Source: Candidatus Bathyarchaeota archaeon
Lineage (GTDB): Archaea; Thermoproteota; Bathyarchaeia; Bathyarchaeales; Bathycorpusculaceae
Reading direction: 5' to 3'
DNA: 64,000 nucleotides
Assembly: GCA_963775895.1 (NCBI GenBank)
Contig: CAVZKL010000011.1
Coordinates: forward strand, 32,001-96,000
The notes below the pieces were generated by a model. That model was not told where the DNA came from. It saw only the letters and a list, made by a program, of their open reading frames with translations, and made no database searches. Both the position numbers and the translations under genes were made by a program. This document shows, piece by piece, positions 52,922 through 63,185 of this stretch (its first letter is position 1; the number at the start of each line of letters is the position of its first letter).

Positions 52922-54230
52922 TCATCTGGGCCGATGTTCTTTTTCTAGCCGTCTTAAGCTGACATCAAGAGCTTGAACAGTGGAATCCACGTGTTCTGTC
53001 GTTGCTATCAACGGGGGCAACATGCGGATAGTTGACTCGCCGCTTAGAGTGACCAATGTTCCAGCCTCTCTCATCATGTCTTGAACCTGTGCTGCTTCTC
53101 TAGCTGCGGGAGTTTTTGTTCTTTGATCCTCAACAAGTTCCACACCAACCATGAGACCTTTTCCCCTCACGTCACCTATAATTGGATGTTTCTCCTCCAA
53201 CTCAACTAGGCGGCGCAGTAGATAGTTCCCTACTCTAGAAGCATTTTCTAGCAGGCGATCCCTCTGGATTATTTCAATAGTCTTCAGACCGGCAACACAT
53301 GAGACAGGGTTGCCTCCAAACGTTGTGTAATGGTCTCCTGGCTCAAATGCTTCCGCTATTTTCTCGTTGGTGATGAAAGTACCTAGTGGTAGACCTCCTC
53401 CGACGCCTTTTGCAACCGTGATTATGTCTGGACGCAAGTTCCAGTATTCGATCGCAAACATCTTGCCGGTTCTTCCTATTCCAGTTTGAATCTCATCGTC
53501 AATAAGCAATATTCCATGTTCATCACAAATTCTTTTCACTCTGGAAAAGTACCCGTCTGGGGGGACGATCACTCCTCCTTCGCCCATTATAGGCTCAAAT
53601 GCTAAGGCGGCTACATCGCCTGAACTTCCGTATTTTATTGCCTCACTGAGGAGCTCTGCGCAGGCAAGGTCGCAGTCTGGAAACGTCAGTCTTAGGCTGC
53701 AACGATAACAGTATGCAGGCGGAATGTGTACGACGCCTGGGATGTAAGGCCCCATGCCTTTTTTGTATTTCATTTGTGCAGTAATGCTCAATGATCCAAG
53801 AGTACGGCCGTGGAAGGCTCTGTATAATGCAATCAGCTCGTATTTTTTCGTGTATTTGCGTGCAAGCTTGATTGCACCTTCCACTGCTTCAGCTCCACTA
53901 CTACAGAAGAAACTTCGGCATGAGGACATGGGAGCAATTTCGGCAAGTTTCTCGGCAAGATTTGCCATAGGAATTGAATAAAACATGTAAGAACTGTGAT
54001 GCCAAACTTTGTCCAACTGTTCGATGATTGCATTCTTCACCTCTTGATTACAATGTCCTAACGGAAGAACACCAAACCCCGTTGTGAAGTCCAAGTATTT
54101 TTTTCCGTTCACGTCCTCCAAGAAAACGCCATCTCCCTTAGCTACGGTTATGGGCACTATCCGTTTGAGACACGAGGTAATGACATACTTATTCGTATCT
54201 CTTCATGGTTTCATGATCTGATCCTTTCAT
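52922..54230 (-). CDS. class III aminotransferase (4-aminobutyrate/ornithine type; frameshift near 54193)
   Basis: YLDFTTG, SSGAEAVEGA, AFHGRT, DEIQTGIGRTG, AKGVGGG, TFGGNP; N-terminus MKGSDHETMKRY.NKYVITS in shifted frame. Confidence 0.9.
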
Positions 54231-54281
54231 ATATAATCACCGAAATTGCGATTTCACGCGCTTGTCTTGGATTACCAAGCC

Positions 54282-56194
54282 TCAAGTCTTTGGTTTGGGC
54301 AGTTTTCCTAGGTGATCAAGCTCTTTGGCTATTTTCTTAAGTCCGAGTTCATTCAGCTTTTTCATCGTAGGTATTCCTGTTTTAACATCCCATCCTCTGA
54401 GGTTGTAGTATTCGTCCAGCATCTGATCTAGGTTGCACACGTGTCCTTTAGAGGGACCTGAAGGCATTGGTTCTTTGGTAAAACGGTCTGGTAAGCTGTC
54501 ATCTTTCTTGGTTATTCCTTCTCTCACGTTGAAGGCCCTTTCGACGTTGACGATGCGTTCTCCTATGCGAAGGGCATCCTTGCCCGTTAGTTCGAGGCCT
54601 GTAATAGCGTTTAACACTTGGGCTTGGGCTTCTGCCAGACGAGACCTGTTCTGGTGATGAATTTGCATGCTTCTATCGAATCCGTGAAAGCTCGGACTTC
54701 TTCGAACCATTTGACCATGCATGCTTTTCCGTCGGTTGCAAATCTGTCCGCGGCCCTTGGAGTTCCAAACAGCTCTTTTGCCTTCTCCGGAGTTATCGTG
54801 TATTCGAACGCTGGTAGGGCCCTCAGGTGATCCGCACCTCTCGATCCTACAGCGTAGCCCAATCCAAACGCTTGTATTCCTCGAGGATCACACTCTATAT
54901 GCTCTAATCCCTTCGTGTGCATTGCGTATTTGTCAGCACCCTTTCCTATCTTCAGTGCTGCAGTGCGGCAGCCCTCGGCCAGGAGGTTACCTATTCCCTC
55001 TCTCGTAGCGATTTTTTCTATCATTTCGAGAACAGCGTCAGCATTTCCCCATTCGAGTTTCAGACCGTTGGTGTCTTTATCGCTTAGAATTCCTTTTTCA
55101 TAGCATTCCATAGCGAATCCTATTACTGCTCCCGTGGATATCGTGTCAAGGCCGTATCTCTGGAGCAAGTCTATAGCTTTGAGCCCTATCTCCAGGTTGG
55201 CAACGCCTACTCGCGTCGTATAGTTCGTCACCATGCCGTATTCCAACTTTGGAGCACTCAAACCCGCAAACGGGCCGTCCTGTATCATCCAGAAGCTTCC
55301 ACAGTGAAGTGAACATGAAAGGCATCCTCTCTTCTTGACTTCGTATGTTTTTGTGTAATACTCTCCCAGTAACCCTTCAATTGGGTTGAATTGTCCTTCT
55401 TGGAAGTTTCTAGTGACTTGTGCCCCAAGATTCAAATCGTAAATCCTCATCAAGGCCATCGAACCTTGTTCTGAAAAAAGCCTCGAAGTCGGATCAGAGT
55501 AGAGTATTTTGATGTCGTCTTTGGTGATTTCCAACAGTTTGTCTGGGTCAGCTACTTTTACTCCTTTCGTTCCTCGTACGGCGATAGCCTTAAGGTTTTT
55601 GGAGCCCATTACAGCGCCCATGCCAGTTCTTCCAGCTCCTCTAAAAGCATCGCTTAAGATGTTACCCATCTTAACTAGGTTCTCACCGGCCACGCCAATT
55701 TCAACTGTGTGTATTTCTGGATCTCCTGTTTCTTCCAATATCGATTTGTGCGTGTCGTAGGTGTCTTTGCCCCAAAGGTGCTTTGCGTCTCGAATCTCCA
55801 CATTGTCATCGTCAATCCAAACGTAAACTGGCTCGCTCGCTCGCCCGTAAACTATTATCTGATCGTATCCAGCGTATTTGAGCTCTGGTGCCCAGAATCC
55901 TCCACAATTTGAGTCACCAAGAATTCCAGTTAATGGCGACTTGGCTGTAACATTAAACCTTCCAGAGCCCAGAGGCGAGAGAGCACCAGTTGTTGGTCCC
56001 GTACCAAACATCAATATATTATCTGGACCCAAAGGATCAATCTTTGGTTTCAGTTTCCTGTACAATGTGATGACGTTCCTGCCCCTGCCTCCAAGGTACA
56101 TTTTGGTGTCTGTTGGATCCAATGGATGAGTTACTGTTTTTCTTCGTGTCAGATCTATTTCAAGAATCCTTCCCGCCCATCCGCACAGCATCAC
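54282..56194 (-). CDS. tungsten aldehyde:ferredoxin oxidoreductase family protein (frameshift near 54625)
   Basis: KSPLTG, DSNCGG, GRTGMGAVMGSKNLKAI, CLSCSLHC, EYG, GLDTIS, RGADH; C-terminal ERAFNVREG..DDSLPDRF, YYNLRGWD. Confidence 0.92.
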
Positions 56195-56706
56195 TTTTTC
56201 ACCTCATTCTTAAGCAATTCACGGGATCGCAACAGTGGACCTGCAAATTTGTTCAACATACGCTGTCGTTTAGTTTTCGCAGCCATATCGGCCTCCACGA
56301 AACGAATTGCTTCGGTAACGCAGTATTTCACGCAAGTTGGGTCACCATCGCAAAGATCACATTTGGTCAACTCACGCCGCTCAAGATCGACGTTGATTGC
56401 GCCATAGGGGCATACCATCATGCAGGCATTGCATCCGATGCATACAGATGGCTCCAAGATCATTGCGCCAGTCTGAGGTTTTCGTTGAAGAGCTCCCACT
56501 GGGCAAACAGTTCTGCACGGGGCATTTTCGCAATGTTGACAGATTACTGGCAAGTCCAATCCTTCGTGAGGCATGGAAAGAACCCTTATGCGCGACTTCT
56601 GAGGATTACATTCTCCAGTTTTCTTAAGAGAACAGGCTAATTCACATGTTCGGCAGCCAGTGCAACGTTCTGGTTCAACGACGATAACTTTCACCACAGG
56701 CGACAC
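56191..56706 (-). CDS. 4x[4Fe-4S] subunit of AOR
   Basis: CTGCRTCELAC, CQHCENAPC..VCP, CIGCNACMMVCPYG, KCDLCDGDPTC; overlaps the AOR start. Start codon uncertain (GTG at 56697 or 56706). Confidence 0.9.
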   Translation of the reverse strand: MSPVVKVIVVEPERCTGCRTCELACSLKKTGECNPQKSRIRVLSMPHEGLDLPVICQHCENAPCRTVCPVGALQRKPQTGAMILEPSVCIGCNACMMVCPYGAINVDLERRELTKCDLCDGDPTCVKYCVTEAIRFVEADMAAKTKRQRMLNKFAGPLLRSRELLKNEVKK

Positions 56707-56757
56707 CAGAACCTTAAAATGAATATCGGATTTCTTATAAACATTGTTGATCACTCC

Positions 56758-57036
56758 ATGATAACCGTAAGACTATATTCAATTTTCAGGGAAGTGGTCG
56801 GCAAAGAAGAGTTGACCCTTGATTTGAAGGAAGTGACCGTTAAGGGTCTTCTTGACCTACTATTCAAAAAATACTCAAAAGAATTTGAGGAAAGGAAATA
56901 CACTAAGGTGGACGGTTTTCCCTCAAATATCGCAATCTACGTTCAAGGTAAAATGCTAAACTTGAATGAAGCTCTAGATGTGCGTTTAAAGGACGGCGAC
57001 GAGATACACCTTCTCGAGATAGTTTTGGGGGGCTAG
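56758..57036 (+). CDS. MoaD/ThiS/SAMP ubiquitin-like protein
   Basis: ITVRLYSIFREVVG, LKDGDEI, C-terminal GG; divergent from the AOR genes. Confidence 0.88.
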   Translation: MITVRLYSIFREVVGKEELTLDLKEVTVKGLLDLLFKKYSKEFEERKYTKVDGFPSNIAIYVQGKMLNLNEALDVRLKDGDEIHLLEIVLGG

Positions 57037-57063
57037 GGAGGATGGCCAAGGCTGACTTTGGCT

Positions 57064-58019
57064 CTAGCTTGTGTTCATTCGCGCGATGGCTCTTCTTCCG
57101 ATGAAACTCGATAAACTCTTTTGTTTACATCTTGTGCAAAGTTTTAAGTTTCTTTCAAACCTTTCCAGGTTTTCTTTGCGGATAAGATCAGTTTTCCCCA
57201 TCACGTTCAATATTTCTTTGAATTGGGGCGCTGACCAATTATGCGTCCACACTTCTCGCATCTCACTTCTTTGATCTCAATACTCGTCGCCATGTTTTCT
57301 CTTTTACACGTTGACATTTCGAAAACCTTGGTCAGGCGTATCGCACTTTCCGGGCATGCTTCTTCGCATTTTGCGCAGAACATGCACTTGCCGATGTCTA
57401 GCTTCAGCACTTCCTTGCCGTCTTTGTCTGCAATTGTTATTGCTTCGGTAGGACACACAAATGCACAGGCGCCACATCCGATGCACTTTGCAGAATCAAG
57501 TTCTGGTTTGCCTCTGAATTCTTTGGGAGCGGGGGTGGGATGATACGGTATCTTCTTTATTCCAAGCAGTTTTTCTGACATTAAGAGTATTCCTTGGAAT
57601 ATTGCCTGCGGCCTCGGGGGGCATCCGGGAACGTAGACATCTACGGGAAAAAGCTTGTCTACGGGTCCAGAAAAGGAATCACTCTTGCCGAAAACCGCCC
57701 TGGATATCGCGCATGTCCCTACCGCTACGACGCCTTTTGGTTCTGGAACTGATTCATATACTCTTATCAAGTCATCTGTTATTTTCATAGGGACAGGACC
57801 AGTGATCACCAAGATGCTGGCTTCAGCAGGCGAATTCACGAACTTGAACCGGAACCCTTCAACATCAAAACAGCGTACTGCTGCCGTAAGAGCTTCAATA
57901 TCGCAAGCGTTGCATGATCCTGCATCGGCACGGAATATGCCAACTTCCTGAAAATGTTTTCTTTGTGTGGCCACTCCTTTTAATTTAGGTCTCTTCTGAT
58001 GGTTAGTGCCAATACTCAT
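57064..58019 (-). CDS. group 4 [NiFe]-hydrogenase small subunit fused to NuoI-like 2x[4Fe-4S] domain (frameshift near 57232)
   Basis: GSCNACDIE, ITGP, AVGTCA, VPGCPPRP; FRGKP..CIGCGACAFVCP..CMFCAKCEEACP; CEKCG...CTRC tail. Confidence 0.85.
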
Positions 58020-58037
58020 AGGCGCGTTTCTCCTTCG

Positions 58038-59627
58038 CTAGCCAATCAAGCGCCCCTTTTTCACTACCTTACCATTTTCAATGATCGCCATGCGATCAGT
58101 ACAGCTGAAGCATGGGTCAATGCTTGCTATGATTGTATTGAGAATTACGGGTTCAGTAGTGGACTCATCCATTAACATCGGTTTCAATGCAACGAGATTT
58201 GCCAGGGTTGGTGTCCGTATCTTAACCCGCTCAGGATACAGAGAGCCGTTAGACCTAACATAATACATGTTCTCTCCCCTGGGAGCTTCGCCTCTTCCTA
58301 CTGCCTCACCTTTTGGTATTTCCAATACGGGCACGGCAATGGGTCCTCTTGGTATGTTGCCTAACAGATTCCTGATGATCCTGGACGATTCAAGAATCTC
58401 ATCAATTCGTACCATCAGCCTTGCCTTCACGTCGCCTTCGCTTCTGGTCACGACATTAAAGTCTATCTCAGGGTAGGCAGCATAAGGATCTAGTTTTCTT
58501 ATATCCAGTGATAATCCAGAAGCGCGAGCGTTCGGCCCGACTACATCCAATTTCTTCGCTTCTTCTCGTGTAAGAACGCCTTTTCCCTCTATTATCTTTG
58601 CGATCGAAGGTTTTTTCTGAAATGCGTCTTCGATCTTCTGCATATCTGAGTCTATGTTATCCAGAGCGCTGGTTATCATGGCGGCTTTTTTCTCATTGAT
58701 ATCCCGTCGCACTCCTCCTAATTCGAGTATCCCGTAATGAACACGGTTGCCCGTCACTGTTTCAAAGATGTCCATAACTCTTTCCCGTTCTGAAAAGATC
58801 CGCGCGAAAAGATCTTCAGCCCCTGTTTTCTCAGCTTCTAGCCCCAAGTATAGCATGTGACTGTGGATTCTTTCCAGCTCAGAGATGATTGTTCTAATGT
58901 ATCTAGCTCTGTCCGGGGTTTTCACCTTCGTGATGTCCTCCACAGCTTGCGTGAAACACAATGGATGAATGTTCGAGCAAATTCCGCAGACTCTTTCCAC
59001 GATGGCAACTGCCTGGTGAAATGTTCTGGATTCAACTAACTTTTCTATCCCTCTAGTAATATAGCCTATGTTTATGCGGACATCAACTATCTTGGTGCCG
59101 TCTGCAATTATCTCCAATTGTTCTGGCTCGTCAAGCCACGGATGAAAGGGACCTATTATGACTCTTGAACTGGATGAAACTGCGCCACGCGCCCGAACAC
59201 TCTCGAGCGGATACTCTGCCTTCGGCGGTTTTTTTGACGCGACACTCATTCGAGGGTTAGCACGACGATCTCTGAACTTGATTCCAAACAAATCCGTTAC
59301 TTCTCTTTCGTAAAGATAAGCGGACGGAATTATGTCTGCAATGGTTTCAAGCTCCAGAGTATCTCTGGGAATTGAGGTCTGAACATTTGTGAGAATTCCG
59401 GCGATGTCGAAATGATAGATTACTTGGAATCCAAGAGGAGCATCTACCCCAGTTACGGCGACAAGACGAGCCTGAAACTTTTCTCTCAAGAATTCCGCAG
59501 CAATTTTGTATCCTTTTTCGTTAACCTTTATGAATACGCGCCTTTTTCTTGGAATTACATGGCTCATTAGACGCTTTCCCAATCTTTTCCTTAGATCTAC
59601 CAGAATCGTGTCCTCGTCAACTTTCAT
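58038..59627 (-). CDS. group 4 [NiFe]-hydrogenase large subunit (NuoC-NuoD-like fusion)
   Basis: YEREVTDLFG, GPFHP, L1 ERVCGIC, ELERIHSH, EAPRGE, KIRTPT, L2 DPCFSCTDR plus cleavable C-terminal tail. Confidence 0.9.
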   Translation of the reverse strand: MKVDEDTILVDLRKRLGKRLMSHVIPRKRRVFIKVNEKGYKIAAEFLREKFQARLVAVTGVDAPLGFQVIYHFDIAGILTNVQTSIPRDTLELETIADIIPSAYLYEREVTDLFGIKFRDRRANPRMSVASKKPPKAEYPLESVRARGAVSSSSRVIIGPFHPWLDEPEQLEIIADGTKIVDVRINIGYITRGIEKLVESRTFHQAVAIVERVCGICSNIHPLCFTQAVEDITKVKTPDRARYIRTIISELERIHSHMLYLGLEAEKTGAEDLFARIFSERERVMDIFETVTGNRVHYGILELGGVRRDINEKKAAMITSALDNIDSDMQKIEDAFQKKPSIAKIIEGKGVLTREEAKKLDVVGPNARASGLSLDIRKLDPYAAYPEIDFNVVTRSEGDVKARLMVRIDEILESSRIIRNLLGNIPRGPIAVPVLEIPKGEAVGRGEAPRGENMYYVRSNGSLYPERVKIRTPTLANLVALKPMLMDESTTEPVILNTIIASIDPCFSCTDRMAIIENGKVVKKGRLIG

Positions 59628-59876
59628 TCTTTCATCTTCATAGAAGAGCGCGCAAGTCTACTGACTGGGAAAGAAGCTAATAAACTTGAAGCCTTGAAAG
59701 TCGATACTTTGACCAATGCGGCGTGGTGAAATTTCCTCTAAAGTCATCATGCCCTTGCGGATTACCGCTCGTGCTTGTTGGACAGGGTATAATTCCTGAA
59801 ATCAACTGAACACAAAGCGCGTTCTCACGTGAAGTTATATTGTTCGGCGACCTAGCGGACAATTTTCATATTAATG

Positions 59877-60740
59877 TCAAAAACAGCTTTTGACGAGGCT
59901 GATAACGTCAGCTGGTCTTGCAGCTATTTTGACTCCTGCACGCCTCAAAATATCGGTCTTACTTTGAACCGTGCCCCTTTCACGCAAAATTATTGCACCT
60001 GCGTGGCCCATTCTCTCTCCCGCGGGAGCTACTCGACCTGCTACGTAAGCGACGACTGGCTTCGTCATCTTACGGATGAATCCCGCAGCCTCCTCTTCCT
60101 GTACTCCACCAATCTCGCCTACGACGACTACGAGTTTTGTTTGTTGGTCTTCTTCGAACAGTTTCAATATGACCGTCAAATCAATCCCGACCACTGGGTC
60201 AGCGCCTATTCCCAAGCAGGTGCTCTGTCCGATGCCAGACGCCGAGAGATTACCTGCGATCTCATACGACAAAGTCCCGCTTCTAGAGACTATTCCAACG
60301 TTGCCTTCGGTGAAGACACTTGCTGGCATAATGCCGATCTTTGTTTTTCCGGGACTTATTACCCCTGGAGTTGTTGGGCCTATGACTTTTGTTCCCATAG
60401 ATTGTGCGTATTCTCGGATGTAAATCGTGTCGTGAACTGGAACGTGTTCGGTTATTATCACGATAAGCTTTATGCCAGACGATATTGCTTCAATGGCAGC
60501 ATCTTTTGTTCCCCAAGCGGGAACGAATATGATCGAGGCATCAGCGGCGCGTTCCGAAACTGCCTGACTCACGGTGTCATAGACCGGTACATCGTAGACC
60601 TTTGTGCCTCCCTTTCCAGGAGTTGTACCTGCAACTATCTTAGATCCGTAGTCGAGCATGAGTTTCGTTTGGATGTTTCCCACTCTGCCCGTTATCCCTT
60701 GAACTATGATGCGAGTTTCTTTATCTGCAAGAATGCACAT
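59877..60740 (-). CDS. sucD: succinyl-CoA synthetase alpha subunit-like
   Basis: VQGITG, TPGKGG, ITEHVPVHD, SRSGTLSYE, GEIGG, RMGHAGA (phospho-His). Confidence 0.88.
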   Translation of the reverse strand: MCILADKETRIIVQGITGRVGNIQTKLMLDYGSKIVAGTTPGKGGTKVYDVPVYDTVSQAVSERAADASIIFVPAWGTKDAAIEAISSGIKLIVIITEHVPVHDTIYIREYAQSMGTKVIGPTTPGVISPGKTKIGIMPASVFTEGNVGIVSRSGTLSYEIAGNLSASGIGQSTCLGIGADPVVGIDLTVILKLFEEDQQTKLVVVVGEIGGVQEEEAAGFIRKMTKPVVAYVAGRVAPAGERMGHAGAIILRERGTVQSKTDILRRAGVKIAARPADVISLVKSCF

Positions 60741-60743
60741 GGA

Positions 60744-61883
60744 TTATTCACCAAGCAAGCTCTTCAATTTCTCAACTGCGACCTCGGTCTGAATCTCTTT
60801 GACAACAGGTATTCCGGCCCTTTCAAGCAAACTGCATGCTTCTTCTTGCTGGTTGCCAATTAGCTTCACAAGAATCGGTATGCTCGGTCTGAGCTTGTCA
60901 TAGGCTCTAACAATTCCTCTAGCGGCTTCAGGCATGGGGTTTATTCCTCCGTAGAGGTTGATTATAAGCGCTTTCAGACGCTTGTCTCCAAGGACCACTT
61001 CAACCGCTCCTTCCATCAGTTCTGCAGTTATTCCCCCACCGGTTTCAAGAAAATTCGCAGGTTCCATTCCAAAGTCTTTTATGAGATCAATGGTGGTCAT
61101 GGTCAATCCCGCCCCGGACCCAATAACTCCAATATTTCCATCCAATCTCACGTAGGTGAGACCTCGCTTGTTTGCTTCTCTTTTTACTTTGTCCTTCACT
61201 CTTTCATTCAAGTGAATGCTGATTTCTTGATGTCGGAATAAGGAGTTATCGTCGATTTCTAACACAGCACCAACGGCGAAGACGTCACCTTCTCTCGTAG
61301 TCACAAGTGGATTTATCTCAGCTATAATGGCGTCGTATCGACTGAATACCCCGTACAGTTGGTATAGAACATTGCTTACTTTGAGAAGAAGGGCCCCGCT
61401 AAGATTTGATTGTCTACAGATGTCTGTAGCTTCAAATCTGAACAGCCCACGCCTCAGATCCACATTTCTAGAAATTAGCAGTTCCGGTCTATCCTTCGAC
61501 AGAGTTTCTACATCTACACCACCTTCTGTCGAAAACATGACAACAGGTTGTCCTGAGAGTTGATCGATTGTCACTGCCAAGTAATACTCTTTTTGAACTT
61601 CCAGCTTCTTTTCAACAAGAACTCTCTTGACGTTTTCTCCCCTGATTTTTCCATCCATCAGGCCTTCAGTTTGTTTCATGGCATCTGTCAAGTTATTAGC
61701 GAATTTTATGCCTCCAGCCTTTCCTCTCCCACCCACCAACACTTGCGCTTTTATTGCGACAGGAAAGCCGAATTTTCTCACAGCGGACTCAACTTTCTTC
61801 GAAGAATTTGCAACTATTCCAAGGGGCACCGGAATGTCGAAGGTCTTGAAAATCCTTTTTGCTTCGTATTCGAAAAGCCTCAC
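60744..61883 (-). CDS. sucC: succinyl-CoA synthetase beta subunit-like, divergent
   Basis: MRLFEYEAK, KAQVLVGGRGKAGG, EGGVDVE, EINPL, GAGL, PANFL, YGGI. Confidence 0.82.
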   Translation of the reverse strand: MRLFEYEAKRIFKTFDIPVPLGIVANSSKKVESAVRKFGFPVAIKAQVLVGGRGKAGGIKFANNLTDAMKQTEGLMDGKIRGENVKRVLVEKKLEVQKEYYLAVTIDQLSGQPVVMFSTEGGVDVETLSKDRPELLISRNVDLRRGLFRFEATDICRQSNLSGALLLKVSNVLYQLYGVFSRYDAIIAEINPLVTTREGDVFAVGAVLEIDDNSLFRHQEISIHLNERVKDKVKREANKRGLTYVRLDGNIGVIGSGAGLTMTTIDLIKDFGMEPANFLETGGGITAELMEGAVEVVLGDKRLKALIINLYGGINPMPEAARGIVRAYDKLRPSIPILVKLIGNQQEEACSLLERAGIPVVKEIQTEVAVEKLKSLLGE

Positions 61884-61887
61884 GTTG

Positions 61888-63180
61888 TCACCCTGTTTTG
61901 AAGATGGGAACGGTGGTCGTTCCGTGAGGCGAAACTAGTATCTTCGCTTTTTTACCCGTTTTTTTCAGGGACATTTCGAGTGCCTCATCCATAGTCTTGA
62001 TCGCGCTCATCTTCATTTCCTCTACGGCGCCGGGGATTTTTGATCCGACGATTATAACGCTTGCTCTTTTCAGTATCTTGGCCATGATGTAGGGTCTATG
62101 TGCTCCGATCGTTGGTTCCTTCTTGCCCCTTTCCAAGATTTCGTCGAGGTTTCTCGCGTCCTTCATCCATTCATAGAACGTTTTGCTGCCAACTCCATCT
62201 TCGCACGGAGCGGGAATTATTATCACGCCTCCCTTCTTGATCGCGGGTGTCGGACCACAAACGAAATTGTTTGCAGCTCTTGTTGCTTGGTAGAGGTCTC
62301 TGTCCTTTGGATATCCCGCGCATGATACAACTATGTCCGGCAACTCCTGAATGGGAACTTTGACGCAGTCATCCATGGTCCTCACCAATTCTCCGTGGGC
62401 GCGAACCATGTCACCAGCAGCAGCTTTCGCTATTTCGCCTTTGCCATTCAAGATCACATTCACTATAAAGCGGAGATCAGCTTTTCGAGCTGCCTCAACT
62501 ATGTCCAAGTGCACTGGATTACGATCAACAAGGCATACTCCGACGTTGGGATTGTCAAGCAACTCAGGTCTATGCATCCCCTCAATAGTCTTTATTGCAG
62601 AGACGCCTGGCATCACGCTTTTTCCATTTCCAGCATAACCCGCGAAGATGTGGGTGTCCACCATCCCTGTAGAGATTAGCATATTCGTGTTGATGATCTC
62701 CTTGTTGACCGACAGTGGAATATCCAGATTGGGAGTTTTTCCGATGAACTTAAGATCCTCTTGATCGGTGCAGACGTGATTGATAATGGTCGTTTTCTCA
62801 AATACCTCTTCCCCAACCTTCTCCTTCAATTCCTGATCTGTCATTGGACGATGACTTCCATTCGCTACGATCATGGTCACTTGATCCTTGCGAACGTTTG
62901 CCATGTCCAATTCCCGGAGAATCGCCGGTACAAGCCTGTCATCGGGACAGGGGCGAGAAATGTCTGTTACGATGATGGTTACCTTGTCATTCTGTTTCAC
63001 AATCTTGGACAGGCGGTCGCTACCGATTGGATTGAGCAACGCATCCTCAATTTTGCCCTTCTTGCTGGGCAAACTTGCAATCTCTTTTGGCTCTATGATT
63101 CCGACTAATCTTTCGTCAGGTATTTCTGCTGTGACCTTTCCATTTTTCCCATAAGGAAGTTCAATTCGCATCGCTTGCAC
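61888..63180 (-). CDS. LarA-family nickel-pincer-nucleotide racemase/epimerase
   Basis: ELPYG, DISRP, ANGSHR, H..AGYAG.GK..MPG, GYPKDRDLYQ, CEDGVG. Confidence 0.88.
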   Translation of the reverse strand: MQAMRIELPYGKNGKVTAEIPDERLVGIIEPKEIASLPSKKGKIEDALLNPIGSDRLSKIVKQNDKVTIIVTDISRPCPDDRLVPAILRELDMANVRKDQVTMIVANGSHRPMTDQELKEKVGEEVFEKTTIINHVCTDQEDLKFIGKTPNLDIPLSVNKEIINTNMLISTGMVDTHIFAGYAGNGKSVMPGVSAIKTIEGMHRPELLDNPNVGVCLVDRNPVHLDIVEAARKADLRFIVNVILNGKGEIAKAAAGDMVRAHGELVRTMDDCVKVPIQELPDIVVSCAGYPKDRDLYQATRAANNFVCGPTPAIKKGGVIIIPAPCEDGVGSKTFYEWMKDARNLDEILERGKKEPTIGAHRPYIMAKILKRASVIIVGSKIPGAVEEMKMSAIKTMDEALEMSLKKTGKKAKILVSPHGTTTVPIFKTG

Positions 63181-63185
63181 CTAAC

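Noticed and set aside
651-58019. About 14 split genes (trpS, GRE activase, both ABC halves, grpE, 25.5-kb membrane protein, ferredoxin, fwdA-like, tfrB-like, OCD, coxM, class III aminotransferase, AOR, hydrogenase small subunit) as pseudogenes or programmed frameshifts
   Set aside because: Mostly single indels, evenly scattered, hitting essential genes, with no shared slippery motif and no in-frame nonsense decay. Best explained as long-read consensus errors; read mapping would settle it.
59874-60863. 329-aa plus-strand ORF
   Set aside because: Antisense shadow of sucD/sucC with atypical Cys/Tyr/Ser-rich composition.
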